Origin: a virus
Lineage: Duplodnaviria > Caudoviricetes
Virus record (IMG/VR): IMGVR_UViG_3300031946_000009
Location: 1 to 47,914 of that record
Length of the DNA stretch: 47,914 bases
Strand: one strand, 5' to 3'
The translations under genes and the position numbers were made by a program. This document shows, in pieces, positions 1 to 8,255 of the stretch (position 1 is its first letter; every line of letters starts with the position of its first letter). The notes beneath the pieces were generated by a model, which was given only the letters and a program-made list of their open reading frames with translations, did not search any database and had not been told where the DNA came from.

Positions 1-47
1 GGCCGGTCAAAGCCCCGTCCCTCTCCTAGCTAAGTGCAATCATAGCT
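1..47. repeat. Terminal overlap, identical to 47868..47914 (circular or terminally redundant assembly)
   Basis: GGCCGGTCAAAGCCCCGTCCCTCTCCTAGCTAAGTGCAATCATAGCT is present at both ends of the window. Confidence 0.97.
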
Positions 48-108
48 TCTGGTCCTGCGAGCAGGACTCCAGATTCCGGTGCCATTATTTTGAGGAAAGG
101 AAACCGAG

Positions 109-474
109 ATGACGACCAAGGTAGAACCGAGAGCTAGTGGTCCCACTACATACTCCATGACCATTCCGAGCAACCAGATCTTCTCCAACGGGATCAACAT
201 CCCAAAAGGCAGCGCCCCCGTGCTGATCGTAATGCCCTCTGGTTGGAGCCCTTCGGTTCTACTGACCATCCAAGTATCCCTGGATGGTAATACTTGGATC
301 GACGTCATGAACGCCGATGGAACACCAGTCAGCTCCGTCGTCAATCCCGGCACATCCCTCCTGCTCCAAAATCAGGAGGTATGGGCGCCGTGGCTCAGGC
401 TTCGGTCTGGGACAAGAGAGGCCCCGGTCCCCCAATCCACGGACCGGGTATTCACCCTTTGGACAAACCCCTAA
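109..474 (+). CDS. Hypothetical phage protein, predicted small beta-sandwich
   Basis: 121-aa ORF with RBS GAGGAAAGGA; beta-rich pattern LTIQVSLDGNTWIDV...PWLRLRSG. Confidence 0.75.
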   Translation: MTTKVEPRASGPTTYSMTIPSNQIFSNGINIPKGSAPVLIVMPSGWSPSVLLTIQVSLDGNTWIDVMNADGTPVSSVVNPGTSLLLQNQEVWAPWLRLRSGTREAPVPQSTDRVFTLWTNP

Positions 475-492
475 CGTCATGGAGATAACCCG

Positions 493-1353
493 ATGGCGCT
501 GCAAGCACCACACTGTCTGCTCATGGGACCCGCGGGGTCCGGCAAAACCACATCCCTCGCCACCTTCGCCCGCAAGGGTGTTGAATGCTTCGTGATCGTC
601 ACCGAGCCCACCGGAGTTGACAGCTTACTCGACGCGTGGGACAGGGAGAAATTACCAATCGACCTGCTCCACTACGCGGTAATTCCACCAGCCAGCCCCG
701 GTTGGGACGGTCTCAAGGATATGGGAGTCAAGATCAACGCCATGTCCTACAAGGACTTGTCCGAGCTAAAGTCCGGCGTGGGGAAGGAAAAAATGAAACA
801 GTACCCGCTCCTTGTTCACAACATGGAGAATTTCCTTGACGAGCGCACCGGGACGAACTACGGTGACATCACCACCTGGGGACCAGACCGCATGTTAGCT
901 ATGGACTCCCTCTCCGGTTTGAGCCTGATCGCCCTCCAGCATACGGTGGGATTTAAGCCCTCCCCGCACCAAGGCGAGTGGGGTATCGCCATGAGCGCGG
1001 TCGAGAACCTGGTGTTGAAACTCAGCTCCGATTGCAAATGCTTTTTTGTCCTGATCTCCCATGTGGAGCGGGAGCCAGACGAGCTAACCGGAGCCACCAA
1101 GGTCTCGGTGAGCACCCTCGGCCGCAAGTTGGCCCCTAAGATCCCTCGGTTTTTCAGTGAGGTCATCCGTGCCCGCAAAGACCCCACCGGAAAATTTCTC
1201 TGGGCCACAGTGGACACGGAATCAGACCTTAAAAACCGAGCACTACCAACGGGCAACGCTATTGCGGCTGATTTCGGCCCTGTTATCGACGCCTACCGGC
1301 GCCGCGCCCAGGTTGCATCCCCCGCGATCTTCGCGGGCGCCGCAGCTAACTAA
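493..1353 (+). CDS. AAA_24/Sak4-like P-loop ATPase (recombination/annealing)
   Basis: Walker A GPAGSGKT, Walker B-like LAMDSLS, then LISHVE and IPRFFSEV; lies between a Cas4-like nuclease and an SSB, the usual Sak4 context. Confidence 0.8.
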   Translation: MALQAPHCLLMGPAGSGKTTSLATFARKGVECFVIVTEPTGVDSLLDAWDREKLPIDLLHYAVIPPASPGWDGLKDMGVKINAMSYKDLSELKSGVGKEKMKQYPLLVHNMENFLDERTGTNYGDITTWGPDRMLAMDSLSGLSLIALQHTVGFKPSPHQGEWGIAMSAVENLVLKLSSDCKCFFVLISHVEREPDELTGATKVSVSTLGRKLAPKIPRFFSEVIRARKDPTGKFLWATVDTESDLKNRALPTGNAIAADFGPVIDAYRRRAQVASPAIFAGAAAN

Positions 1354-1424
1354 ACTACCTGCCCCTGATCGTCGCACGTCGGGGGCAGTCCCTTCCAGTG
1401 CGATCTCGAAGAAAGGAAAGCCAG

Positions 1425-1895
1425 ATGGCATTCGACGCAGACAAGTTCTTGAACCAGACCGTCAACGCACCGATGAGCACGAGCACCGTCCCCGTGCCCG
1501 AAGGTGAATACAAAGCTATCATCGACGACGGTGACAAAGCGATCAGTTTCCGCGAAGGCGGTACCGACCGCAACGGTAATGATCTTTCTCCTCAGTGTGT
1601 GGTCCTCTTTTCCATCCTGGACGACGCACTCAAGGTGAAGCTCAACCGGGACAAGGTTCTGGTCCCGCACAACATTTGGTTGGACGTCAAAGGCGACGAC
1701 CTTGACCTTTCCGAAGGCAAGAACGTCGGCCTCGGCCGTCTCCGCAAGGCCCTTGATATGAACGACGGCCCGTGGTCGCCGAACATGATGAAGGGCAAAG
1801 GTCCCGTGGTTATCAAGGTCACCCAGCGGTCGGATAAGAACGATCCGACCATCAAGTATGCTGAAGTGGCTCGGGTAGCCAAGCTCTCAACTTAG
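1425..1895 (+). CDS. Putative single-stranded DNA-binding protein (DUF669-like)
   Basis: RBS AAGGAAAG before ATG 1425; PVPEGEYKAII, LGRLRKAL and YAEVARV pattern; follows the Sak4-like gene. Confidence 0.65.
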   Translation: MAFDADKFLNQTVNAPMSTSTVPVPEGEYKAIIDDGDKAISFREGGTDRNGNDLSPQCVVLFSILDDALKVKLNRDKVLVPHNIWLDVKGDDLDLSEGKNVGLGRLRKALDMNDGPWSPNMMKGKGPVVIKVTQRSDKNDPTIKYAEVARVAKLST

Positions 1896-1975
1896 CCTCA
1901 GGTTCTACCCAGCCTCTGAGGCTACCCCACCGGGCGAGGATGCCCCCTCATTTACCTCCACCCGGTGGGGCTTTT
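1893..1975 (+). terminator. Double stem-loop after the SSB gene (terminator or processing site)
   Basis: TAGCCTCAG/CTGAGGCTA stem, then CCCCACCGGG/CCCGGTGGGG stem followed by CTTTT. Confidence 0.5.
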
Positions 1976-1990
1976 CTCAGGAGAACACTC

Positions 1991-2269
1991 ATGAACGACA
2001 ATAACTTGTTTCCCGAAGGTGTGGTCATCTTCTTCCGTATGATGACCACGGATAATAACATGGCCAGAAGTGTCCATCCCCGCGCCCGCGGTGTCATCAT
2101 CGGTTCCCGCGCCCACGACGCCCATGACGACGACTACGTTGTGATCGACGGAGAAGGTAAACCCCTCGGGTATTACCCCCGAGACTTCGTCTCGGCGATC
2201 CTCCCCCTGGAAACCGTAGGCCCCGGAGTCCCCGATGCTAATAATCCCCAGAACCAACCTCGCCATTAG
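1991..2269 (+). CDS. Hypothetical protein
   Basis: RBS CAGGAG before ATG 1991; fills the gap between the SSB and ParB-MTase genes. Confidence 0.7.
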   Translation: MNDNNLFPEGVVIFFRMMTTDNNMARSVHPRARGVIIGSRAHDAHDDDYVVIDGEGKPLGYYPRDFVSAILPLETVGPGVPDANNPQNQPRH

Positions 2270-3572
2270 CAAGCGGCAGCGCCAAGAAATACCCAAAGCC
2301 ACCCTCGTTGAGCTAAAGGACTCCATCTTGGAGTCCTGTCTGCTTCATGCTCCGGTGGCCCAAGCTACCGCACATAACCAATTTATTCTGGTCGCTGGCG
2401 AGCGCCGGGTCCGCGCCATCGATCTGATTGCCGAGGAGAAGAAGAACTTCATCTTCGACAAACAAGAAATCTTACCCGGCTTCATCCCTGTAGTCCTACT
2501 TGACGAGGCCATTAATGACATCCAAAGGCAAGAAATCGAACTCGCTGAAAACGTGGTCCGGGTCGAGCTTCCGTGGCAAGATCGGATCGCTGCTCTCGCA
2601 TATATCCATAACTTGCGTAAGGAGGAAAACCCCAAGCAGACGATTGCCGATACCGCCCGTGCCATTATGGCCGAAGGCCCCCGCGAGCTGGCGGGGGCTC
2701 AAGGTGGTATCGCAGAAAGCACGTTGCTCCGGAACGTCCGGCAAGCGACCATAATTAACGAACACCTGGATAAGCCCGAGATAGCGAAGGCCCGCAACGC
2801 TACAGAGGCTTTCAACCTAATTGTCGCAAACGAACAACGAGCGTTCGAGGCCGAACTAATACGCCGTGGTCGGAAGCGGATTACAACCATTGAGGTCCGA
2901 CATGGCTCCCTTTATGACATTTTACCGAAACTGGAATCCGGAATCTTTGACACCATCCTCGCCGATCCCCCATACGGAATCGGAGTTGACACCGGGGGGT
3001 TCCGAGCCCGCACCGTCGTCCACCACAATTACGACGACTCCCCCGACAACGCGCGCGCCCTCATCTCCTGCATTCTTACCGAGGGATTTCGAGTCTGCAA
3101 ATCCCGAGCTAATCTATTTATCTTCTGCGACATTGACCTGTTCGCCTGGATTAAGGAAGCTGCTGCACGCGCGGGATGGGACCCATTTCGAACTCCTATT
3201 ACCTGGATCAAAAGTGACGTTGAAGGGATGGCACCTTGGGGACGGGAAGGTTTTCGCCGTACCGTTGAATGGATCTTCTTTGCCCGTAAAGGTCAGAAGG
3301 GTCTCATCCATTCGCCAGTGGATCACCTCCGGCACAATCGAGTTCGACCCGATGACCGAGAATACGGCCCGGAGAAACCTGTTCCGCTTATCAAGGAACT
3401 ACTGGCTGCCAGCACTCTTCCTGGGGACTATGTCCTCGATCCTTGCTGCGGGAGCGGTAGCACTCTGGTCGCTGCTCGCGAGCTAAACATGCGCGCCCTC
3501 GGGATCGAGGCCGACGAAAAGGCATTCAACCTGGCTCTGGTAAAGAGCCAACAACAGAAGGAAGCGTCATGA
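2235..3572 (+). CDS. ParB-like N-terminal domain + HTH-like region fused to a beta-class N6-adenine/N4-cytosine DNA methyltransferase
   Basis: ParB motifs LVAGERRVRA and ELAENVVR; helical QTIADTARAI...AESTLLRNV; catalytic DPPY precedes the SAM-binding motif VLDPCCGSGSTL. Confidence 0.88.
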   Translation: MLIIPRTNLAISKRQRQEIPKATLVELKDSILESCLLHAPVAQATAHNQFILVAGERRVRAIDLIAEEKKNFIFDKQEILPGFIPVVLLDEAINDIQRQEIELAENVVRVELPWQDRIAALAYIHNLRKEENPKQTIADTARAIMAEGPRELAGAQGGIAESTLLRNVRQATIINEHLDKPEIAKARNATEAFNLIVANEQRAFEAELIRRGRKRITTIEVRHGSLYDILPKLESGIFDTILADPPYGIGVDTGGFRARTVVHHNYDDSPDNARALISCILTEGFRVCKSRANLFIFCDIDLFAWIKEAAARAGWDPFRTPITWIKSDVEGMAPWGREGFRRTVEWIFFARKGQKGLIHSPVDHLRHNRVRPDDREYGPEKPVPLIKELLAASTLPGDYVLDPCCGSGSTLVAARELNMRALGIEADEKAFNLALVKSQQQKEAS

Positions 3573-3757
3573 TACCCGATATGATAGTTACTATCTTCCA
3601 GTATGTGGGCCGGACCTATTCCATCGATGGGAACGGTAAGGTTTGGGTCTTCGCCCACGGGGCATGGAAGGAGCACGCCCGTATCTCCTTCCTGCCCCCC
3701 GTCGTGCAACCCGTTCCCTTCACCCCACCACCGGACATACGCAATGACCGACAGTAA
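3569..3757 (+). CDS. Hypothetical protein
   Basis: 62-aa ORF with an ATGA overlap on the MTase stop. Confidence 0.55.
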   Translation: MIPDMIVTIFQYVGRTYSIDGNGKVWVFAHGAWKEHARISFLPPVVQPVPFTPPPDIRNDRQ

Positions 3758-3938
3758 ACGAGAACACATCACCTGCAAGATCGAACATGAAACGGAGCGC
3801 GCATGGTTGATCGACGACGGGAGCGGGAAGACAACTTGGATTCCCAAGTCCCAGGGAGAAATCTACGACCGAATGAACGATGGTCTGGTGGACCTGTTCG
3901 TGGAGGAGTGGATACTGAAGGAGAAGGGTCTGATCTAA
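3744..3938 (+). CDS. Small hypothetical phage protein
   Basis: MTDSKREH...ETERAWLIDDG...WIPKSQ...EWILKEKGLI, a pattern I recognise from small phage proteins. Confidence 0.7.
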   Translation: MTDSKREHITCKIEHETERAWLIDDGSGKTTWIPKSQGEIYDRMNDGLVDLFVEEWILKEKGLI

Positions 3939-4007
3939 CCTATCGGCCCCCGTGGTACCTGTGGCTCGCAGGTTTCTTGATCTGGATAGGGATAATAGGA
4001 AGCTTGT

Positions 4008-5798
4008 ATGTACTCACCCGTTAGCCACGCTACAATGTCAGACCCGTGGTATGGTACCTCTGGTCCGCGGGACGCTCAAATCGTCCTAGTCGGGGAGAGT
4101 TGGGGAGCCGCCGAAGCGGACCAGAGGCTCCCCTTTGTCGGTGAGTCCGGCAAGGAGCTAACCCGCATCCTTGCTGATGCAGGAATTTCCCGCAACCAAG
4201 TGTTTTTTACCAATTGCTTCGCGGCGCAGCCGCCGGGCAATGAAGCGTGGAGGTTCTTCAACAAGAGAGGAGAGACTAAATGGCGGGGACTGAATCCGAC
4301 TCCGTGGGTGAAATCCGAGCTAGATCGACTATACCATCAATTAAGGGAGGTTGGGCCGAAGGTTGTTATTGCCGCTGGGAACTACGCCCTGTGGGCTCTA
4401 ACCGGGGAGGCCCATGTATCGTTCTCGTCCGAATCGACGGGCGATGGTGCGACCGTCCTTGTACCTTCCGGGATCATGTCTTGGCGCGGCTCAATGCTGG
4501 AGTCAAACGTGCTCGAGAAATCCATCAAACTAATTCCCATCATCCATCCTGCCGGGATTCTGCGGGCGTGGTACCAAAGAGCGGTGACCGTTCATGACCT
4601 ATCAACCCGGATACCACTGGCACTTAGTGGAGATTGGCGGCCAACTCCACCTCCAAATATCGTTCACCTTCCCTCATTCGAGCTTGCAGACCATATCCTC
4701 GGACAATGGCTCATTCACTGTGCAAGCGGAAATGAACTGCGACTGTCCCACGATATTGAAACGTCTCGCGGCAATATCACCTGCATGGCCTTTGCCGACG
4801 GGCCTTACCGAAATGGATCTACGGCCCTTGTCATTCCGCTTGTGCGACCCGAGCGATCGGGAGGTTTTGGAAACTTTTGGAATCCTAAAGAGGAGTTCTC
4901 CCTCGTCAGAACCATGAGGCTTCTATTGGGGCACCCTAATGTCAGAATCGAAGGCCAAAACTACAACTACGACACCCAATGGATCGAGCGAGATTGGGGA
5001 ATCAGACCCAATCTCGACTTCGATACCATGCTCGCTCACCATCTACTTTGGCCGGGAACCCCAAAGGGGCTGGACTACCTGGCTTCCCTGTACAATCACT
5101 ATTACTGGTATTGGAAGGACGACAACAAAGAATGGGACGTCAAAGTCGGGGGGTGGGAAGCTCATCTCCGGTATAACGCTGAGGACGCCCTTCGGACTTA
5201 TGAGTGTGCCACCGAACTCCGTGCCCAGATCGTTGCTCAGGGCTTTACAGAACTATGGGCCATCGAAAAAGCCAAGAATGAGATGGCTCTCGAAATGATG
5301 CGCCGCGGGGTCCGGATCGACCGCGCCCGGCGGGCCGAGATGGGCTTCCACCTTAGCCATGAGAAACAGAGGATCAACCAGTGGCTCGCAAAAATCATCC
5401 CGCAGGATCTAATAACCAGCTCCGAATTTGCGCCAAAGAACTCGAAGAAGCCTTGGTGGGACTCGGGCAAGCAACAGAAAGATTTATTCTATCGCATTCT
5501 CGGGTTCCCGGCAAAACGAAACCGCAAGACCGGGAACGAAACATTGGATGCGGAAGCTTTAGAGCGGTTGCGAAAAGATATTCCCTGGGCCGCTCGGTTG
5601 TGGGACGCGTTAGAATTGCAGCGGAGCATTGGAGTATTTCACAATACATTCATCGGCGCCGAATTGGAGCCGGATGGTCGTATGAAGTGCTCATTCAATA
5701 CTGCCGGGACGGAGACCTTCCGATGGTCGTCCAGTACAAACGCCTTCTGGAGGGGAACGAACCTGCAGAACATCCCTAAAGGGGAAGAAAGAGACTAA
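4008..5798 (+). CDS. Family A DNA polymerase, N-terminal part (family-4-like UDG domain + 3'-5' exonuclease + thumb/first palm motifs)
   Basis: UDG motifs VLVGESWG, PFVGESG and IIHPAGILR; Exo I HDIET, Exo II QNYNYD, Exo III RYNAED; TETFRWSS and NLQNIP immediately before the stop. Confidence 0.9.
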   Translation: MYSPVSHATMSDPWYGTSGPRDAQIVLVGESWGAAEADQRLPFVGESGKELTRILADAGISRNQVFFTNCFAAQPPGNEAWRFFNKRGETKWRGLNPTPWVKSELDRLYHQLREVGPKVVIAAGNYALWALTGEAHVSFSSESTGDGATVLVPSGIMSWRGSMLESNVLEKSIKLIPIIHPAGILRAWYQRAVTVHDLSTRIPLALSGDWRPTPPPNIVHLPSFELADHILGQWLIHCASGNELRLSHDIETSRGNITCMAFADGPYRNGSTALVIPLVRPERSGGFGNFWNPKEEFSLVRTMRLLLGHPNVRIEGQNYNYDTQWIERDWGIRPNLDFDTMLAHHLLWPGTPKGLDYLASLYNHYYWYWKDDNKEWDVKVGGWEAHLRYNAEDALRTYECATELRAQIVAQGFTELWAIEKAKNEMALEMMRRGVRIDRARRAEMGFHLSHEKQRINQWLAKIIPQDLITSSEFAPKNSKKPWWDSGKQQKDLFYRILGFPAKRNRKTGNETLDAEALERLRKDIPWAARLWDALELQRSIGVFHNTFIGAELEPDGRMKCSFNTAGTETFRWSSSTNAFWRGTNLQNIPKGEERD

Positions 5799-5799
5799 C

Positions 5800-6303
5800 A
5801 TGGTAAGGATGTATGCTAATGATCCCTCGAATGATCCCCCGAGATCCTTTGTCCATGACATCGAGGTAACTCGGCTAGACCCGAGGGCAAAACTTCCATC
5901 CCGTTATGACAGTACCAGCATCGGGCTGGATGTCTTTGCCTTCCTACTGACCGAGTCCGGGAGGGCCACCTCCCGCGCCTGCCACCTGAAGAATGTAACT
6001 GAAATACCAACCGGCCTGCGGGTCCGGGCGCCCCCCGGCTATTTTATACAAATCAGCTCCAGGATATCCCTCGCGCGCAAAGGCATCTTTGTTGCTAATG
6101 CGCCCGCGATGCTAGCAGCTGAAGTGGACCTAACCATTCTGTTGTTCAACGGCTCCTACGAAACCCAATACATCGCCCATGAGCACCGCATCGCCCAGCT
6201 TACTCTCCAGCCCCTCATCCCAACAGCCATCCTCGTCCGAGACATTCCTCCTACCGAACATCCGGAAGATGTTCATCCCGGACCCCGGCAAGGTTATTGT
6301 TGA
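5800..6303 (+). CDS. Trimeric dUTPase-like protein, degenerate
   Basis: AKLPSR...SIGLDV, IPTGLRV, SSRISLARKG and HRIAQL are present; motif 3 (IDxDY) is replaced by MLAAEV and Gly-rich motif 5 is absent. Confidence 0.8.
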   Translation: MVRMYANDPSNDPPRSFVHDIEVTRLDPRAKLPSRYDSTSIGLDVFAFLLTESGRATSRACHLKNVTEIPTGLRVRAPPGYFIQISSRISLARKGIFVANAPAMLAAEVDLTILLFNGSYETQYIAHEHRIAQLTLQPLIPTAILVRDIPPTEHPEDVHPGPRQGYC

Positions 6304-7000
6304 TGCGGACCTCGCGGGCGCCGACGCCCAGGTGGTAGCTTGGGAAGCGGACGACGCCAAACTGAAAGCCGCCTTCAGAGCAGGTCAGTCCGTGCATCTG
6401 ATGAATGGCGAAGATCTTCTTGGGACTGAATTTACCGCCGCCTCCGGCCACCACAAGAACCCTGGAACCCCAAAAGGGAGGATGTACGATGCCCTCAAAA
6501 GATTTGTCCACGGAACCAATTACCTCAGCACAGCCCGAAACTTGCACCTCAACCCCGCGGTCGGCTGGCCCCTCGCCGCCTGCGAGTCCCGGCAGCGCCG
6601 GTGGTTCGATCTCCACCCTGGGATCAGAGACTGGCATAAGCGAGTGGAACACTCTATTAGCAAAACCCGTTCTATTCGCAATCAGTTCGGCTATCGAATC
6701 GTATATTTTGACCGACCTGATTCCGTTCTTACAAACGCAGTCGCCTGGGGACCTCAAAGTACTGTCGCAGAAGTATGTTTTAGAGGCGCGCTTCGGCTCC
6801 GAGATACCTGCCCGTGGGCCGAGCTGCTCCTACAGGTTCACGATAGCATTGTATTCCAAATCCCTTCACATCGGGCGGGACAGGGCTCTACTCTCGATCT
6901 CATTAGAGGATCTCTCGAAACTATTGTCCCGTACCCAGATCCCCTCGTCATCCAATGGGGAATCGCCGAGTCCAACTCAAGCTGGGGAGACTGCAAATGA
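6179..7000 (+). CDS. Family A DNA polymerase, C-terminal catalytic part (motifs A, B, C); start uncertain
   Basis: LPNIRKMFIPD; motif A DADLAGAD; motif B LKRFVHGTNY; motif C LLQVHDSIVF. Confidence 0.88.
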   Translation: MSTASPSLLSSPSSQQPSSSETFLLPNIRKMFIPDPGKVIVDADLAGADAQVVAWEADDAKLKAAFRAGQSVHLMNGEDLLGTEFTAASGHHKNPGTPKGRMYDALKRFVHGTNYLSTARNLHLNPAVGWPLAACESRQRRWFDLHPGIRDWHKRVEHSISKTRSIRNQFGYRIVYFDRPDSVLTNAVAWGPQSTVAEVCFRGALRLRDTCPWAELLLQVHDSIVFQIPSHRAGQGSTLDLIRGSLETIVPYPDPLVIQWGIAESNSSWGDCK

Positions 7001-7012
7001 CGGAGGTCAATA

Positions 7013-8245
7013 ATGGCCCGCGTCTTTCCAAATTGGCTCAAGGCTTATATGGACTATACGAGAGATTCGGAGAGCCCGAACACCTTTCATTTCTGGACGG
7101 GTGTATCTACCTTGGCTGGAGCACTACGCCGGCGCGTCTGGATCGATATGAAGAAATTCCAGTGGACCCCAAATTTTTACATTATCTTGGTGGGACCTCC
7201 TGGAGTCGCCGCAAAATCGACCTCTATCTCTATGGGTATGAACTTGTTGTCTCAAATCAAGGGGGTCAAATTCGGGCCGGAATCTATGACCTGGCAGAAG
7301 TTAGCAAGGAGTTTAAGCGATGCTATTGAATACGTCGAATTCACAGACCTCAACGGATCTCGAGACCGCGTTGCAATGTCTTGCCTCACAGTGCAAATCT
7401 CTGAGCTTGGAACCTTCATGCGATATGACGACGATCAACTTATCAGCTTTCTTACTCGCATGTGGGACGGTCAGAGGGATAAATTCCGTCATGAAACCGT
7501 CGGAAGTGGAGTTGTTGAAATCGACAATCCGTGGCTTAATTTCATTGGTGCTACTACTCCCTCCTGGCTCCGGACCAACTTCCCCGAAACCACAATAACG
7601 GGCGGTCTTACCTCTCGTATCGTGTTCGTGTATGGAGACAAAAAACGTGCCCTTATCCCTTATCCAGATGCGGTCATTCCTGATGCTCAGTACAAGCAGC
7701 TCCGCGCTGACCTCATCTCAGATCTCACCGAAATTGCATCTCTATCAGGTCCATACCGGCTTAGTAGTTTTGCCCGCGATTGGGGGGAAGCCTGGTATGC
7801 GGACCATAATAACCCAGATCTGCGCCCTCAGCATCTCTCATCTGAAAGATTTGCAGGTTACCTTGCTCGAAAGCAAACCCACCTACATAAATTCGCAATT
7901 ATTCTTGCAGCTTCTAAACGCTCGCAGCTTATTATTGAAGAGGACGATCTAAAAGAGGCCGATCAAATCCTGACCATGAACGAACAAGATATGGTCCGAG
8001 TGTTTGACACCATAGGCACGGTCTTGCAATCGGACCATGTCCATGAGATTGTAGGTACGGTGAAGTTTTTTGGCTTCATGACCACACGTTTGCTGTGGCA
8101 GCAATCTATGGCGCATATGTCTCTGAAGGATTTCGAGGAGGCAGTCAAAGCCGCGGTCCACGGCCGCCTGCTCGAAGTGACCACTCAGAACAACCAGTCG
8201 GGGGTCTGTATTCCGGGGTCGCAAAAGGGGACAAAATCCGCCTGA
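7013..8245 (+). CDS. DUF3987-like P-loop ATPase (putative replicative helicase)
   Basis: N-terminal SESP..FHFW, Walker A-like GPPGVAAKST, ISELG, IGATTP, GGLTSRIVFV; directly follows the polymerase. Confidence 0.7.
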   Translation: MARVFPNWLKAYMDYTRDSESPNTFHFWTGVSTLAGALRRRVWIDMKKFQWTPNFYIILVGPPGVAAKSTSISMGMNLLSQIKGVKFGPESMTWQKLARSLSDAIEYVEFTDLNGSRDRVAMSCLTVQISELGTFMRYDDDQLISFLTRMWDGQRDKFRHETVGSGVVEIDNPWLNFIGATTPSWLRTNFPETTITGGLTSRIVFVYGDKKRALIPYPDAVIPDAQYKQLRADLISDLTEIASLSGPYRLSSFARDWGEAWYADHNNPDLRPQHLSSERFAGYLARKQTHLHKFAIILAASKRSQLIIEEDDLKEADQILTMNEQDMVRVFDTIGTVLQSDHVHEIVGTVKFFGFMTTRLLWQQSMAHMSLKDFEEAVKAAVHGRLLEVTTQNNQSGVCIPGSQKGTKSA

Positions 8246-8255
8246 TAATGTCCCT
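8227..8255. promoter_or_regulatory. Dispersed palindrome, copy 1
   Basis: GGGGACAAAATC-cgcct-GATAATGTCCCT at the convergence point of the two gene arms. Confidence 0.65.

Noticed and set aside
1-47. Biological direct terminal repeat
   Set aside because: The length and mid-gene position fit an assembler overlap better than a physical terminus.
3803-4024. Holin-like ORF ending WYLWLAGFLIWIGIIGSLYVLTR
   Set aside because: The hydrophobic segment is real, but no well-placed start/RBS was found and most of the ORF overlaps another gene. It is too weak to call.
5799-6250. Group I intron or intein in the polymerase
   Set aside because: The insert is fully occupied by a dUTPase-like ORF. I see no intron core or homing endonuclease and no intein Cys/His-Asn termini.
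5768-6263. T4 gene 60-like ribosomal bypass, or a target-site duplication (GAGAC and GAACATCC repeats)
   Set aside because: The matching GAC codon lands in the dUTPase frame rather than the Pol-C frame, and the gap is about 450 nt. GAACATCC simply encodes the conserved N-I residues of two motifs.
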